A stretch of 60,787 nt of DNA, from the NCBI GenBank assembly GCA_044351795.1, contig JBILFA010000006.1, forward strand, positions 1 to 60,787. The letters run 5' to 3'. The notes beneath the pieces were generated by a model that saw only the letters and a program-made list of their open reading frames with translations, was not told where the DNA came from and did no database searches. Source of the DNA: Bdellovibrionota bacterium. Its GTDB lineage: Bacteria; Bdellovibrionota_C; UBA2361; OMII01. The translations under genes and the position numbers were made by a program. Of the stretch, positions 48,122 through 58,207 are shown in pieces (position 1 is the first letter of the stretch; each line of letters opens with the position of its first letter).

Positions 48122-48492
48122 AACAACGGACTCCCCGTTAAAAAAACTCACGGTCATTAAAACCTACCACATCTACTTTACGTTACAATACTGGATACGA
48201 GGTCACATCACTCTCGTTCCTAGTTGTTGAGATTCACACAACGAGAGAAGGGATCCATATTTCTGGGCTGGATTCCGTGTGGTGTCGTGCAGGCAGGAAA
48301 TGCCCCGTGGCTCCAGAATCCGACCGGATTGCTCGGATAAAGACAGTACATTGATAAGTCGCTGATCTAGCAGGTATAGTTCCTCAATCAGGGCCTTAGT
48401 AGGCTCCAGGAGGCGTTGCAATTGCCCAGGCTTGGGTATCAAGATTTGGAAACGGACGCCTCTAAAGATGTAGTTCTTCTCGATAGGTACTC

Positions 48493-49956
48493 ATGAATCC
48501 AGCCCATCTCGCGACCACAATCCTGGAAAGCTTACCTGAACCCCACTGTGTTTTGTCTCGGGATTATACCTGTGTGGCGCTCAATTCGGCTTTTGCGCGG
48601 CTGATAGGATTTCAACAGGAGAATCTTGTCGGCCGCAGCGCAGTGCGCTTTTGGCCGGATATCGAGAGGCAGCGATGGGAGACCCGTGAATGTCCTGCAG
48701 AGCTGCGTAGCGCGCATGGCGATCCGCTCGTGGTGAAGGTGGCTACGTTTGCCGGGGATGCCCTCCTGGTTCGCGTGCTGGCGAGCTTTTCCCAGGATCA
48801 GACAACGAAGGTTTTCCATGCTCAGCGAATGGAGACGCTTGGATTATTAGCAGGTGGTGTTGCACATGACTTCAACAACATTCTCACAGGAATCTTGGGG
48901 CACCTGGCGTATCTCCAAAATGTGCTTCCTACGGAAGGGAAACACGTTGAGTCTCTTTCGGCGATTGAAGAGGGGGCGATGCGCGGGTCGAGTATTACAC
49001 AGCAGATACTGCAGTTTTCTCGGCTCGAACAGACCGAGCCGTCTACGCGGGTGGATCTCGGTGAGATGGTATCGAGGGTGTGCCTGCTCGTGAAGGGAAC
49101 GATTCCCTCGGATATTCGCTTGGATTTCGCTCCGCCAGCGCGCTCAGTTTCAGTGTTAGCGTCGGAAGCGTACGTCTCTCAGGTGATCATCAATCTAATC
49201 GTCAATGCGCGTGATGCTATCAAGCATGGTGGATCGATCGAGGTCGCTCTAGAGCGTGCGTGTTCTTCAGAGGAGGTATCACGGCTGTTCGGCACTGAGC
49301 CAGCGGCACCCGCATATGGGGCGCTCGTTGTGCGTGATTCCGGAGAAGGAATGGATGAGGAGGTCAAGGCTCGATTGTTCGAGCCTTACTTCACCACGAA
49401 GAAACAGGGCGGGACGGGGCTTGGACTCACGACGGTGTTTTCGATTGTAAAGAGTCTGGGTGGGGCCATCGAGGTTGTCTCAGAGAAAGGAGTGGGAACC
49501 GAGTTTCGCGTCGTGCTGCCGGTGGTAGACGATAGCGTAGCCAAGGAGGAGCTGGAGCTTGAGTCCGACGAAGGGCCGGTGTCGGGCCGGGGCGAGCGCA
49601 TCTTAGTGGTCGACGACGAGTATGCAGTGCGAAACGTCTTGGGATTGAGCCTAACGCATCTAGGATATGCAGTTGAGACCGCGGCCTCCGGCCTTGATGC
49701 CCTCGATAGATTCGGGGAAGCGGAGGGACGTTACGATCTTGTGATTTTGGACCTTTTGATGCCTGGATTATCGGGGGAAGAGGTCTTTAACCGACTCAGA
49801 CGGCTACGTCCGGACCAGCGTGTGCTCATCGTGAGTGGATTTAGTTCTGAGCAGGTGGTAACTCGAATACTAGCAAACGGAGGGCGGGACTTCATTCAGA
49901 AGCCCTTCTCGATAGAGGTCCTCTCCAGAAAAGTACGAGGGTGTTTTCGTGATTAA
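48493..49956 (+). CDS. Hybrid sensor kinase PAS-HisKA-HATPase-REC (CckA-like architecture)
   Basis: AGGVAHDFNNIL, NLIVNARDA, DSGEGM, FEPYFTTK..GTGLGL; REC with VVDDE/LD/KP. Confidence 0.92.
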   Translation: MNPAHLATTILESLPEPHCVLSRDYTCVALNSAFARLIGFQQENLVGRSAVRFWPDIERQRWETRECPAELRSAHGDPLVVKVATFAGDALLVRVLASFSQDQTTKVFHAQRMETLGLLAGGVAHDFNNILTGILGHLAYLQNVLPTEGKHVESLSAIEEGAMRGSSITQQILQFSRLEQTEPSTRVDLGEMVSRVCLLVKGTIPSDIRLDFAPPARSVSVLASEAYVSQVIINLIVNARDAIKHGGSIEVALERACSSEEVSRLFGTEPAAPAYGALVVRDSGEGMDEEVKARLFEPYFTTKKQGGTGLGLTTVFSIVKSLGGAIEVVSEKGVGTEFRVVLPVVDDSVAKEELELESDEGPVSGRGERILVVDDEYAVRNVLGLSLTHLGYAVETAASGLDALDRFGEAEGRYDLVILDLLMPGLSGEEVFNRLRRLRPDQRVLIVSGFSSEQVVTRILANGGRDFIQKPFSIEVLSRKVRGCFRD

Positions 49957-50989
49957 GCAGTACAAGGTCCGCGACATAGCCATAAATCCCGGCTTGGTGC
50001 TTTCTCCTATGAGCGGCGTTACAACTCGCGCGTTCCGCAGGTTGATTAAGCAATCTAATCCGGGTGGCGTCGGTTTAGTCGTAAGTGAATTCGTTTCTGT
50101 CGAGGGAATGACCCGCGGATCGCGCCGCACGATGGAGATGATGCGCTATTCAGCCGATGAGCGTCCGTACTGTGTACAAATTTTCGGCTATGATATCGAT
50201 CGTATGCGCGACGCAGCTCTCATGGTGCAGGATATCGGGGCGGATATGGTTGATATCAACTGTGGCTGTCCAGCCCCGAAAGTGGTCAAGCGCGGGGGCG
50301 GGTGCGAGCTCATGCGTCAACCGGAACACCTTCAGAAGATAATCCGTGAGGTTCGCCGGGCGGTCAGCATTCCGTTGACGCTCAAGGTTCGTAGCGGCTG
50401 GGACGAGGGATCACGGAACGCGCTGGAGATCGCGCTCATGGCCGAGGGTGAGGGGATCGAAGCGTTGGCCATCCACGGTCGTACTAGGGCGCAGCTTTAC
50501 CGAGGTGAGGCGGATTGGGATGTGGTCGAGAGTGTAGCGGACAGACTCTCCATTCCGGTACTTGGGAGCGGCGACGTCGTCGATCGGCGCTCAGCGGAGC
50601 AAAGACTGCGGGGCAAAGTTGCCGGGCTCTTCATAGGGCGCGCGAGCATGTGGAACCCGTATATATTTTCAGAGATCATGACTGGAGAGCCTTCGAAGCT
50701 ACGGGACAACCCGGCGTTGATGTTGGATCTCCTGTTTCGGTACATAGAGCTGCTCAAGGAAGACTTTTCGGATTCCAGCAGCGCTGGTAAGGTCAAGCAG
50801 CTCGCCTCGCAGATGTGCCGTGGAGCATTGTGGCGCAAGAGGCTGTTGACCATAAACACCTTACAGGAGCAGGAGCAGTTTCTCGAGGGTGTGAAGGCCG
50901 GGGAGTGGAGTCCGCCTGTAGTCACGCGTCAGGAACTCGACGAGGGCGATATTTCGCCCGGCGATCTGTCGTGCAGTTCGTTCTCGTAG
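49949..50989 (+). CDS. tRNA-dihydrouridine synthase (DusB-like)
   Basis: LSPMSGVT, DINCGCPAPKV, KVRSGWD, IHGRTRAQLY.G.ADW, SGDV, IGR. Confidence 0.92.
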   Translation: MIKQYKVRDIAINPGLVLSPMSGVTTRAFRRLIKQSNPGGVGLVVSEFVSVEGMTRGSRRTMEMMRYSADERPYCVQIFGYDIDRMRDAALMVQDIGADMVDINCGCPAPKVVKRGGGCELMRQPEHLQKIIREVRRAVSIPLTLKVRSGWDEGSRNALEIALMAEGEGIEALAIHGRTRAQLYRGEADWDVVESVADRLSIPVLGSGDVVDRRSAEQRLRGKVAGLFIGRASMWNPYIFSEIMTGEPSKLRDNPALMLDLLFRYIELLKEDFSDSSSAGKVKQLASQMCRGALWRKRLLTINTLQEQEQFLEGVKAGEWSPPVVTRQELDEGDISPGDLSCSSFS

Positions 50990-51088
50990 GTATAATGGGC
51001 GTGGATGGGCTCGGCGAGTCCGGCAATAGTGGCTAAACTCGGACGGGTATCTTCGAGGCCTAGCGGGTTACTAGCAACAGAGGAACGA

Positions 51089-51841
51089 GTGTTAACGGTC
51101 AAAGATCTTCACAAACACTTCGGTGAGAAGCACGTTCTTCGGGGCGTGAGCTTTGCCCTAGCTCCGGCTTCGATCAATGGGCTGATCGGTCCAAGTGGGG
51201 GAGGTAAAAGTGTCCTGCTCAAGCTGATAGCGCACACATGCAAACAGGAGTCGGGCGAGATTCGATTCGACGTTGGGTGCTCTCACTTCGATGTTGGATT
51301 GATGTTTCAAGAGGGGGCGCTGTTCGATTCGATGTCGGTGTACGAGAATGTGGCATTCCCCCTTGTTAAAGGAAAGGTGCCGACCACATCGCTTTCTCAG
51401 GCGCAACGACGCGAGGTGCGGGATAAAGTCAGCGATATCCTCGCTCGGGTAGGGCTCACAAAAGCAGCTTTTAAGATGCCTGGGCAACTGAGCGGCGGTA
51501 TGCGTCGACGCGTATCTTTGGCGCGAGCGCTGGTTGGGCGACCGCGCATCCTGCTTTTGGACGATCCGACCAGTGGCCTTGATCCGGTGGCGAGTAGCGT
51601 CATCATGGAGCTGATAGTCGAGTTACACAACGAATACAAGCCTACCACGGTCATGGTGAGTCACGACCTGAGGCGGCTTATCCCTGCGGTAACGCGAGTG
51701 CTGGCCCTTTTTGAGGGAGCAATCGCGTTCGATGGAACGGTAGATCAGTTGCTGCACGGCTCGCCAGCGTTTGTGCGTAGTTTCCTGGCGTGCCGGTACG
51801 AAATGAATCAGGATGTACCGGTTTCAAAAGATCCCCTATGA
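51089..51841 (+). CDS. ABC ATPase, MlaF/Mkl-like
   Basis: GPSGGGKS, FQEGALFDSMSVYENVAFPL, LSGGMRRRVSLARA, DDPTSGLDP. Start set at GTG after an AGAGGA SD; the ATG at 51005 is the alternative. Confidence 0.85.
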   Translation: MLTVKDLHKHFGEKHVLRGVSFALAPASINGLIGPSGGGKSVLLKLIAHTCKQESGEIRFDVGCSHFDVGLMFQEGALFDSMSVYENVAFPLVKGKVPTTSLSQAQRREVRDKVSDILARVGLTKAAFKMPGQLSGGMRRRVSLARALVGRPRILLLDDPTSGLDPVASSVIMELIVELHNEYKPTTVMVSHDLRRLIPAVTRVLALFEGAIAFDGTVDQLLHGSPAFVRSFLACRYEMNQDVPVSKDPL

Positions 51842-51854
51842 AGGTAAGACAGAG

Positions 51855-52697
51855 ATGAAGAAATTCAACGCGATACACGAGTCGCGAGAGCGGTTCCTTT
51901 CGGGGCTCGGAGTACCGGAGAAGGGCGAGTTCGTTGCTGATGACTTCCAGCAAGAGGCGATCGCCAATCTCAAGGCGGGTATCGACACCTTGGTGGTTGC
52001 ACCAACGGGGTCTGGTAAGACCTACATCGCGACACAAGCGATTAGAAACCTGCTCGAAACGGGACACCACTCTGTCTATACCACGCCGCTCAAGGCGCTT
52101 TCCAACACGAAGTATACTGAGTTTCAGCACACATTCGGACCGAAGCACTCAGTAGGGTTGCTTACCGGTGACCGAAAGATTGAGGGTGACTCCGATGTGG
52201 TTATTGCGACGACGGAGATATATCGCAACGAGCTCTATCGCGGCTCTGGGCGCTATTCGCTCGTGATCCTTGATGAGGTGCACTACATCGCCGACCCACA
52301 ACGAGGAGCAGTGTGGGAGGAAAGCATCATCCTCACCCCGAGCTCTGCTACCTTGTTGATGCTGTCGGCTTCGATATCGAACGCAGAGGAGATAGCCGCG
52401 TGGATCGAGGAGGTTCGTAACAAGGAGTGCCGGGTGGTAATGAAGACTGAACGTCCAGTCGAGCTCAGGTTGGGCTTTATGCATCCACAGTACGGCGTCA
52501 TCCCGCTGAGTGACAAAAAGGGGCATCTCTCCCCGGAGGTTGCTCACTATTACGGTAGTATGCCGCTCGACGATTCGAGTACGAGGGTCAAGCACTATCG
52601 CGCCGGCGGTGGCGAGAGGGGCGAGCGTCGAGGGCGCGGCGTGAGGTCCGGCAGTGGCCGCACATCGCGGCCTGGCGCAGGCCGGAGGAGGCGATAA
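51855..52697 (+). CDS. Ski2/HelY-like DExH helicase, N-terminal (RecA1) part
   Basis: FQQEAI, APTGSGKT, YTTPLKALSN, GLLTGD, TTEI.RN, DEVH, LSA, ERPVEL. Confidence 0.88.
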   Translation: MKKFNAIHESRERFLSGLGVPEKGEFVADDFQQEAIANLKAGIDTLVVAPTGSGKTYIATQAIRNLLETGHHSVYTTPLKALSNTKYTEFQHTFGPKHSVGLLTGDRKIEGDSDVVIATTEIYRNELYRGSGRYSLVILDEVHYIADPQRGAVWEESIILTPSSATLLMLSASISNAEEIAAWIEEVRNKECRVVMKTERPVELRLGFMHPQYGVIPLSDKKGHLSPEVAHYYGSMPLDDSSTRVKHYRAGGGERGERRGRGVRSGSGRTSRPGAGRRRR

Positions 52698-52698
52698 C

Positions 52699-54114
52699 AT
52701 GCAGGTGGATTTTCCAGTTTCCGTGATTCTTCGAGAGCTCGAGCGAGATGCGCTTCTGCCGGCGATCCTGTTTCGAACTGCGCGCAAGCAGTGCGATGTC
52801 GATGTCGAGAGCGTAGCACGCAACAGAAATGCCGTGCTGCCTGCGGGGCAGCAGCGGCGTCTGGAGAGCGAGATTCAATCCATCATAGACAAGTACAAGT
52901 TCGATCCCGATTTCATCACCAGTTACCCCCAGTATCAGGCCCTGATAACTACCGGAGTCGGAGCGCACCACGCCGGACAGCTTCTGATCTGGAGGTTGTT
53001 GCTCGAAGAGCTGATGTCGCGCGGCATGCTACGCATGATGGTTGCGACAGGTACGGTCGCTGCAGGAGTCGATTTCCCCGCTCGTACGGTGGTCATTACT
53101 GCTCACAGTAAACGAGGGTCAGAGGGCTTTAGTGTTCTCTCTCCGGCAGAGTTTCAACAGATGGCAGGTCGAGCCGGACGACGCGGAAAAGACGCGGTTG
53201 GGGTGTGTGTAATCACACCGAGCAAGTTCTCGGATGCTCGTGTCCTGCTGGAGGTGTCGAAGCGACCACCGGATCCGCTTCGTTCGTCTTACTTTGCAGC
53301 GCCATCGACCGTGTTGAACCTGCTCAAGTATAGGAACGTCGACGATCTCGAATATACCGTGCAGCGCAGCTTGGCAGCTTTTCTCGATCGCAAGAATGCA
53401 AGTCTCATGCGTGAACAGGCGATCGATGAGCAGCAGCGCCTCGAGTCCGACAGATCTCTCAAAGGTGAGAAGCTAAAGAAGGCCGAAAAGAGGGTCAGGC
53501 GCACGCTCAAGGAAGCTGACGAACTCGATAAGAAGCAGGAAACCTCTTTGCACCTCTCGCTGGCCGGATTGAGAACGCTTGGCTACGTGGAAGGAGGTGG
53601 GCTGACGGAGAAGGGTAATTGGGCTGCCGAGTTGTGCACGAGTTTGGTGCTCGAACTTGGCGAGTGTATCGACGGAAAGCTCTTCGATGATTGTGCCTTG
53701 TTCGAGTTGGTTGGCCTGATTGCAAGTATCGCCGGCGATCCGCACCGACCCTACTTCAAGCTCAAGCAAAATCCGATTAAGCCGGCACTCTTCGATACCA
53801 TGCGAGGAGTCGTGCAGCGTATCAAGGACTCCTACAACGGGCCGGGAAAGGCCGAGGTTGAGGTTCTTCCGGATGCGGCCCTTACCGTGATTACATGGAT
53901 GGATTCTGAGACGTGGGCGGAGTTCTCAGGTCTGTTGAGGTTGTCGGGCGTTGCAGATGGGGACGTTGCACGACTGGTGAGCCAGACGGCAGACCATCTG
54001 AACCAACTGACCCGTTTGGAGAAGACTCATCCGCTCTTGGCTCAATCGGCAAAGGTAGGCAGGAGTCGGTTGCTTAGGCCGCCGTTCTCAGAGGCGTTGA
54101 TTCCGATCGACTAA
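52699..54114 (+). CDS. Ski2/HelY-like DExH helicase, C-terminal (RecA2 plus helical) part
   Basis: GGAGGAGG SD; LLPAILF, GVGAHHAG, ATGTVAAGVDFPARTVV, QMAGRAGRRGKD. Confidence 0.88.
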   Translation: MQVDFPVSVILRELERDALLPAILFRTARKQCDVDVESVARNRNAVLPAGQQRRLESEIQSIIDKYKFDPDFITSYPQYQALITTGVGAHHAGQLLIWRLLLEELMSRGMLRMMVATGTVAAGVDFPARTVVITAHSKRGSEGFSVLSPAEFQQMAGRAGRRGKDAVGVCVITPSKFSDARVLLEVSKRPPDPLRSSYFAAPSTVLNLLKYRNVDDLEYTVQRSLAAFLDRKNASLMREQAIDEQQRLESDRSLKGEKLKKAEKRVRRTLKEADELDKKQETSLHLSLAGLRTLGYVEGGGLTEKGNWAAELCTSLVLELGECIDGKLFDDCALFELVGLIASIAGDPHRPYFKLKQNPIKPALFDTMRGVVQRIKDSYNGPGKAEVEVLPDAALTVITWMDSETWAEFSGLLRLSGVADGDVARLVSQTADHLNQLTRLEKTHPLLAQSAKVGRSRLLRPPFSEALIPID

Positions 54115-54157
54115 ATTGCCCTGGCAGAGTCTCCATTCCTTGAGGTAAGATTTAGGG

Positions 54158-54907
54158 ATGAAGATACTCGTACCAGTGAAGAAAGTTCCCGATTGGCAAA
54201 TCAAACTAAAGCTACAACCTGACGGCGCAGGAATTCAAACCGAGGGTATAAAATGGATCCTCAACACCTTTGATGAAATCGCTGTTGAGGAAGCGATTCG
54301 CTTGAAGGAGAAAGGAGTCGCTTCAGAGGTCGTGTTACTCAGCATCGGTCCGGCAGATGTACGAGCCAGGCTGGAGTACGCTTTGGCGATGGGGGCTGAT
54401 TCTGCAATTCTGGTCAAATACGACGGCCCCGTGGATTCCGACCTTGCATCACGCGTTATAGCAGAGGTGTTCAAGCGCGGTGAATATTCGATGGTTCTCA
54501 TGGGCAAGCAGGCCATCGACTCGGATTCTAACCAGACTGCGCAGCTTTTAGCCGGGCGTCTCAACCTTCCGCAAGCATGCTTCGCCTCCAAGGTTGTTGT
54601 TGAGGGGGGAAGCGCCGTAGTCACGCGAGAGATAGATGGGGGGCTAGAGACACTCAAAGTGCCGATTCCGTGTGTTGTCTCAACCGATCTTCGCCTCAAT
54701 GAACCGCGCTATGCCGCGTTACCGAACTTGATGAAGGCCAAGAAAAAGCCGTTTGAAGAGCTTGCGCTCGACTCGCTGGGAGTTGGGACAGAGGTAAAAG
54801 TTCGCGTTCGGGGGATGTCGCTACCTCTTGGTCGAAAAGCAGGTAAGAAAGTAGCAAATGTCTCTGAGCTAGTCGCGGCGTTGCAACAAGAAGCGAAGGT
54901 TCTGTAG
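54158..54907 (+). CDS. etfB: Electron transfer flavoprotein beta subunit
   Basis: KILVPVKKVPD, FDEIAVEEA, GKQAIDSD, REIDGG, LNEPRY. Confidence 0.95.
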   Translation: MKILVPVKKVPDWQIKLKLQPDGAGIQTEGIKWILNTFDEIAVEEAIRLKEKGVASEVVLLSIGPADVRARLEYALAMGADSAILVKYDGPVDSDLASRVIAEVFKRGEYSMVLMGKQAIDSDSNQTAQLLAGRLNLPQACFASKVVVEGGSAVVTREIDGGLETLKVPIPCVVSTDLRLNEPRYAALPNLMKAKKKPFEELALDSLGVGTEVKVRVRGMSLPLGRKAGKKVANVSELVAALQQEAKVL

Positions 54908-54919
54908 GAGTTTCATCAG

Positions 54920-55912
54920 ATGAGCAAGGTTCTCGTATTCGTTCAACATGAAGGCGGCAGAGTGTTAAAGGGCTCCCTGTGCGCATTGAGTGCCGCTAAG
55001 GAGCTTCGGCAGTCTTGGGGTAAAGGCGCAGTGTGTGCCGTCGTCTTGGGGCAGGGAGCTGCTGCGGCTGCTCAGGAAGTGTCTCAATACGGTGTGGAGA
55101 GTGTTCGCTACTCTGAATCGCCGCTCTTGGAGAGATTCCGCGCAGAGCCGTATGCCCGAGCAGTAGCCCTGGCAGCCAGGGAGCTTGCTTGTGACGTTGT
55201 GGTAGGTTTAGCCAGTAGCTCTGGTAAGGATATGTTGCCCCGCGTGGCGGTCCTACTCGATGCGGGTCAGGCATCCGACGTTATCGCCGTCAACGGGGAC
55301 GGCTCTCTCAAGCGACCGATGTACGCGGGTAACATCATCGCCGATGTTGAAATCTTATCAACAGCTCGAGTTGTTTCTGTGCGGGGAACGGGGTTCTCGC
55401 CAGCTACCAAAGAGGGCTCTCCAGGGCAGGTATCCGAACAGGATCTCTCAGGAGATCCAGAGCTCAAAGAACAGTCCCGCTTCGGTGAAGTGCTTGGATA
55501 CGAACAATCAAAAGCTGATCGACCTGAGCTTTCTGATGCTGAGATCGTAGTGAGCGGCGGTCGAGCGCTCGGCTCAGCGGAGAATTTCGAGAAGGTCGTT
55601 TTCCCGTTGGCGGATGCGCTCGGAGCAGCGGTCGGCGCTTCTCGAGCCGCTGTGGACTCAGGCTATGCACCAAATGACTGGCAGGTCGGTCAGACTGGAA
55701 AAGTTGTGGCTCCCAAGCTCTACATCGCCGTAGGTATCTCTGGAGCTATCCAGCACCTTGCTGGCATGAAGGATTCCAAAGTGATAGTCGCCATCAATAA
55801 GGATCCTGATGCTCCTATTTTCGAGGTTGCCGATTACGGACTGGTGGCAGATCTCTTTCAGGTCGTTCCTGAGCTGATCGATGCTTGCAAGAGTGCCAAG
55901 GCCGCCTCGTGA
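54920..55912 (+). CDS. etfA: Electron transfer flavoprotein alpha subunit
   Basis: [40 protein letters not shown]. Confidence 0.95.
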   Translation: MSKVLVFVQHEGGRVLKGSLCALSAAKELRQSWGKGAVCAVVLGQGAAAAAQEVSQYGVESVRYSESPLLERFRAEPYARAVALAARELACDVVVGLASSSGKDMLPRVAVLLDAGQASDVIAVNGDGSLKRPMYAGNIIADVEILSTARVVSVRGTGFSPATKEGSPGQVSEQDLSGDPELKEQSRFGEVLGYEQSKADRPELSDAEIVVSGGRALGSAENFEKVVFPLADALGAAVGASRAAVDSGYAPNDWQVGQTGKVVAPKLYIAVGISGAIQHLAGMKDSKVIVAINKDPDAPIFEVADYGLVADLFQVVPELIDACKSAKAAS

Positions 55913-56421
55913 TGACCGTATCCGTTGCGGTGCACATAACGCGGGGCGCACGGACTCTTCTAAGTCTCATACTGTTTCTTGTGTGCGTCCTCGGGGGGCT
56001 TTGTGGTTGTAAGGCTCCCCCACAAAATCCCACGGTGGAAATCGGGTTCTTCCCTCCTGCCGAGGCGAAGGGACCCTCGTTTCAGGTAGAAGTGGTTGCC
56101 TCGCCCTCCACTCGGGCGCACGGATTGATGTTTCGCCGTGAGCTAGCGGAACGCGAGGGGATGCTATTTGTCTTTCCTGACGAGAAAATACAGTCGTTTT
56201 GGATGAAGAACACCTTGATACCGCTCGACATGGTGTTCGTATCGAAAGAGATGAAGGTGGTAGGGATTCTGGAGAACGTCCCGCCGCTCACCGAAGACTC
56301 ACGCTTTGTAGAGTCTCCAAGTATCTATGTACTCGAATTTGCGGGCGGGGCCATGAAAAAGTTCGGCGTGAAACCTGGTTTCAGCCTTGAGATTCGAGGA
56401 CAGCTTCCCAAGGCTTTCTAG
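55912..56421 (+). CDS. DUF192 family protein, possibly a lipoprotein
   Basis: GLMFR, GMLFVF, FWMKNTLIPLDMVF, YVLE; lipobox-like LCGC; TGATG coupling to etfA. Confidence 0.88.
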   Translation: MTVSVAVHITRGARTLLSLILFLVCVLGGLCGCKAPPQNPTVEIGFFPPAEAKGPSFQVEVVASPSTRAHGLMFRRELAEREGMLFVFPDEKIQSFWMKNTLIPLDMVFVSKEMKVVGILENVPPLTEDSRFVESPSIYVLEFAGGAMKKFGVKPGFSLEIRGQLPKAF

Positions 56422-56618
56422 CATAAAGCCACGTGAAATCGCGCCCAATCCTTTAGATCTTAGGTGTGTGTAACTACCGCCTTTTAGCTCCCTATGATCC
56501 CGATCACCCGCCAAGATAAGGGGAGTGGCGATTTCACCTTTTCGACTGTCTTTGGGGTATATGCTGTCGTTCCGCTTAGCTATACTTTGCAAGTGAAGAC
56601 TCTTGCTCTCCTCAAGCG

Positions 56619-58199
56619 GTGGAAGGAGAGATATCGTATCAGCCGATCCTCCTGATAGTTCAACCTATGATAGTACACGACCTCATCCCTGTATTCGATG
56701 CCGCAGTTCCAGTAGGCACATGCACTCTAGCTCATCCGACGCTCATGTGGGTATCGATAGTGGGAGATATTGTCACAACGGTTGGTTTTTATGCGATAGC
56801 GGCGGCTTTGGTCATCTTGGCGCGGCGACGAGCTGATCTTAGGAGCGATTGGCGTATTCCGATTGCAGGGCTCGTTCTTGCAGTTAGTGGTAGTACGCAC
56901 CTGGTCGAGGTGTGGTCGATGTGGAACGACGCCTATTCTGAAGGCGGATTGTTGACCTTAATCACAGCTATAGCTTCGATCGCTACGGTTTATGTAGCGT
57001 GGCAACTCGTCGCCAAACTTGTCGAGTTGCCGTCAAAGCGTTCCCTCGATGAGGAGATAGAAAAGCGCAAGATCTCGGACGAAGCGATGAAAGTAACTCG
57101 AGTAATTTTCGAGGAGACGGTGACGCGGCATGCATCGGAGATCTCGGCGGCTATGCGCAAGCTGTCCCGTTTGGCGTCTATCGTGGACAACTCCCAGGAC
57201 GCCATCATTGGAATCGAGTCGAATGGCGAGGTGTGGGAGTGGAACCCGTCCGCCGAGCGACTTTTCGGATTTAGAGAGGATGAGGTGCTCGGATGCTCTG
57301 TGTCCTCTTTGCTGAGCTCAAATGGCTGGGATATGTTGGGTTGGGCATCTCAAGCTCTTACCCTGCCGAGCGCCGCTACTCAAGTTGAGGTGCAGTGTCG
57401 CCGGAAGGACGGGAGCGAGCTGCCGGTATGGCTGTGCATTTCGCCAGTGCTCGATAGCGCAAACGGGGAGCCGGGCGTGTCGATCATTGCCCGTGACATG
57501 AGCGAAAAGAAGCTCGCTCAAGAGCGGCTCAGCCAGTCTCTGACTGACAAGGAGTTGTTGCTCAAAGAGGTTCACCATCGAGTGAAGAACAATCTGCAAA
57601 TTATCTGTAGTCTACTGCGGCTTCAGTCGGGATACGTGCCCGAAGGTGCAGCGCGTGAGATGTTCAGAAATAGTGAAGAGCGCGTGAAATGCATGGCGCT
57701 GGTTCACGAAAAATTGTACCGCTCGGAGAGCCTCTCACGCGTCAGCTTCAACGCCTATATATCAGAGCTGACGAAGCAACTGGTCCGCTCCCATATCCCG
57801 GATCCCAACAAAGTCCATCTCGAATTGGATCTGGACTCAGTCGATCTCTCGATTGACAAGGCTGTTCCCAGCGGACTGATACTCAATGAATTGATAGGCA
57901 ATGCCATCGAATATGGATGTGGTGGAGATGGTGTGCTGTCGCTTTCGGTGGTGTTGCGCAAGAAGGCACATATGGTTGAGTTGGTCGTTTCCGATCACGG
58001 AGTCGGCATGCCTAGTGAGGTCGATCTCGTCAACCCTACGAGCCTAGGACTACGGGTGGTGAACACGCTGTGCAAGCAGCTTAACGGCAAGCTGGCAGTA
58101 GGAAACGACGGGGGAGCTGTGGTCAGATTAGAATTCCCACTCGAGAAGCCGGAGGCAGCGCGAGAACATACTGTGGATTCCGCTGAAGCGATAGCATAA
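56619..58199 (+). CDS. Sensor kinase: ethylene-receptor-like 3-TM domain, PAS, HisKA_2, HATPase
   Basis: TM region aligns by eye to ETR1-type input domains; PAS 'WNPSAERLFG'; EVHHRVKNNLQ; NELIGNA; DHGVG; SLGL. Confidence 0.85.
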   Translation: MEGEISYQPILLIVQPMIVHDLIPVFDAAVPVGTCTLAHPTLMWVSIVGDIVTTVGFYAIAAALVILARRRADLRSDWRIPIAGLVLAVSGSTHLVEVWSMWNDAYSEGGLLTLITAIASIATVYVAWQLVAKLVELPSKRSLDEEIEKRKISDEAMKVTRVIFEETVTRHASEISAAMRKLSRLASIVDNSQDAIIGIESNGEVWEWNPSAERLFGFREDEVLGCSVSSLLSSNGWDMLGWASQALTLPSAATQVEVQCRRKDGSELPVWLCISPVLDSANGEPGVSIIARDMSEKKLAQERLSQSLTDKELLLKEVHHRVKNNLQIICSLLRLQSGYVPEGAAREMFRNSEERVKCMALVHEKLYRSESLSRVSFNAYISELTKQLVRSHIPDPNKVHLELDLDSVDLSIDKAVPSGLILNELIGNAIEYGCGGDGVLSLSVVLRKKAHMVELVVSDHGVGMPSEVDLVNPTSLGLRVVNTLCKQLNGKLAVGNDGGAVVRLEFPLEKPEAAREHTVDSAEAIA

Positions 58200-58207
58200 C
58201 AAATGTT

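Noticed and set aside
48462-48486. Sigma28-like TAAA...CTCGATAG upstream of the hybrid kinase
   Set aside because: The spacer is only 12 nt.
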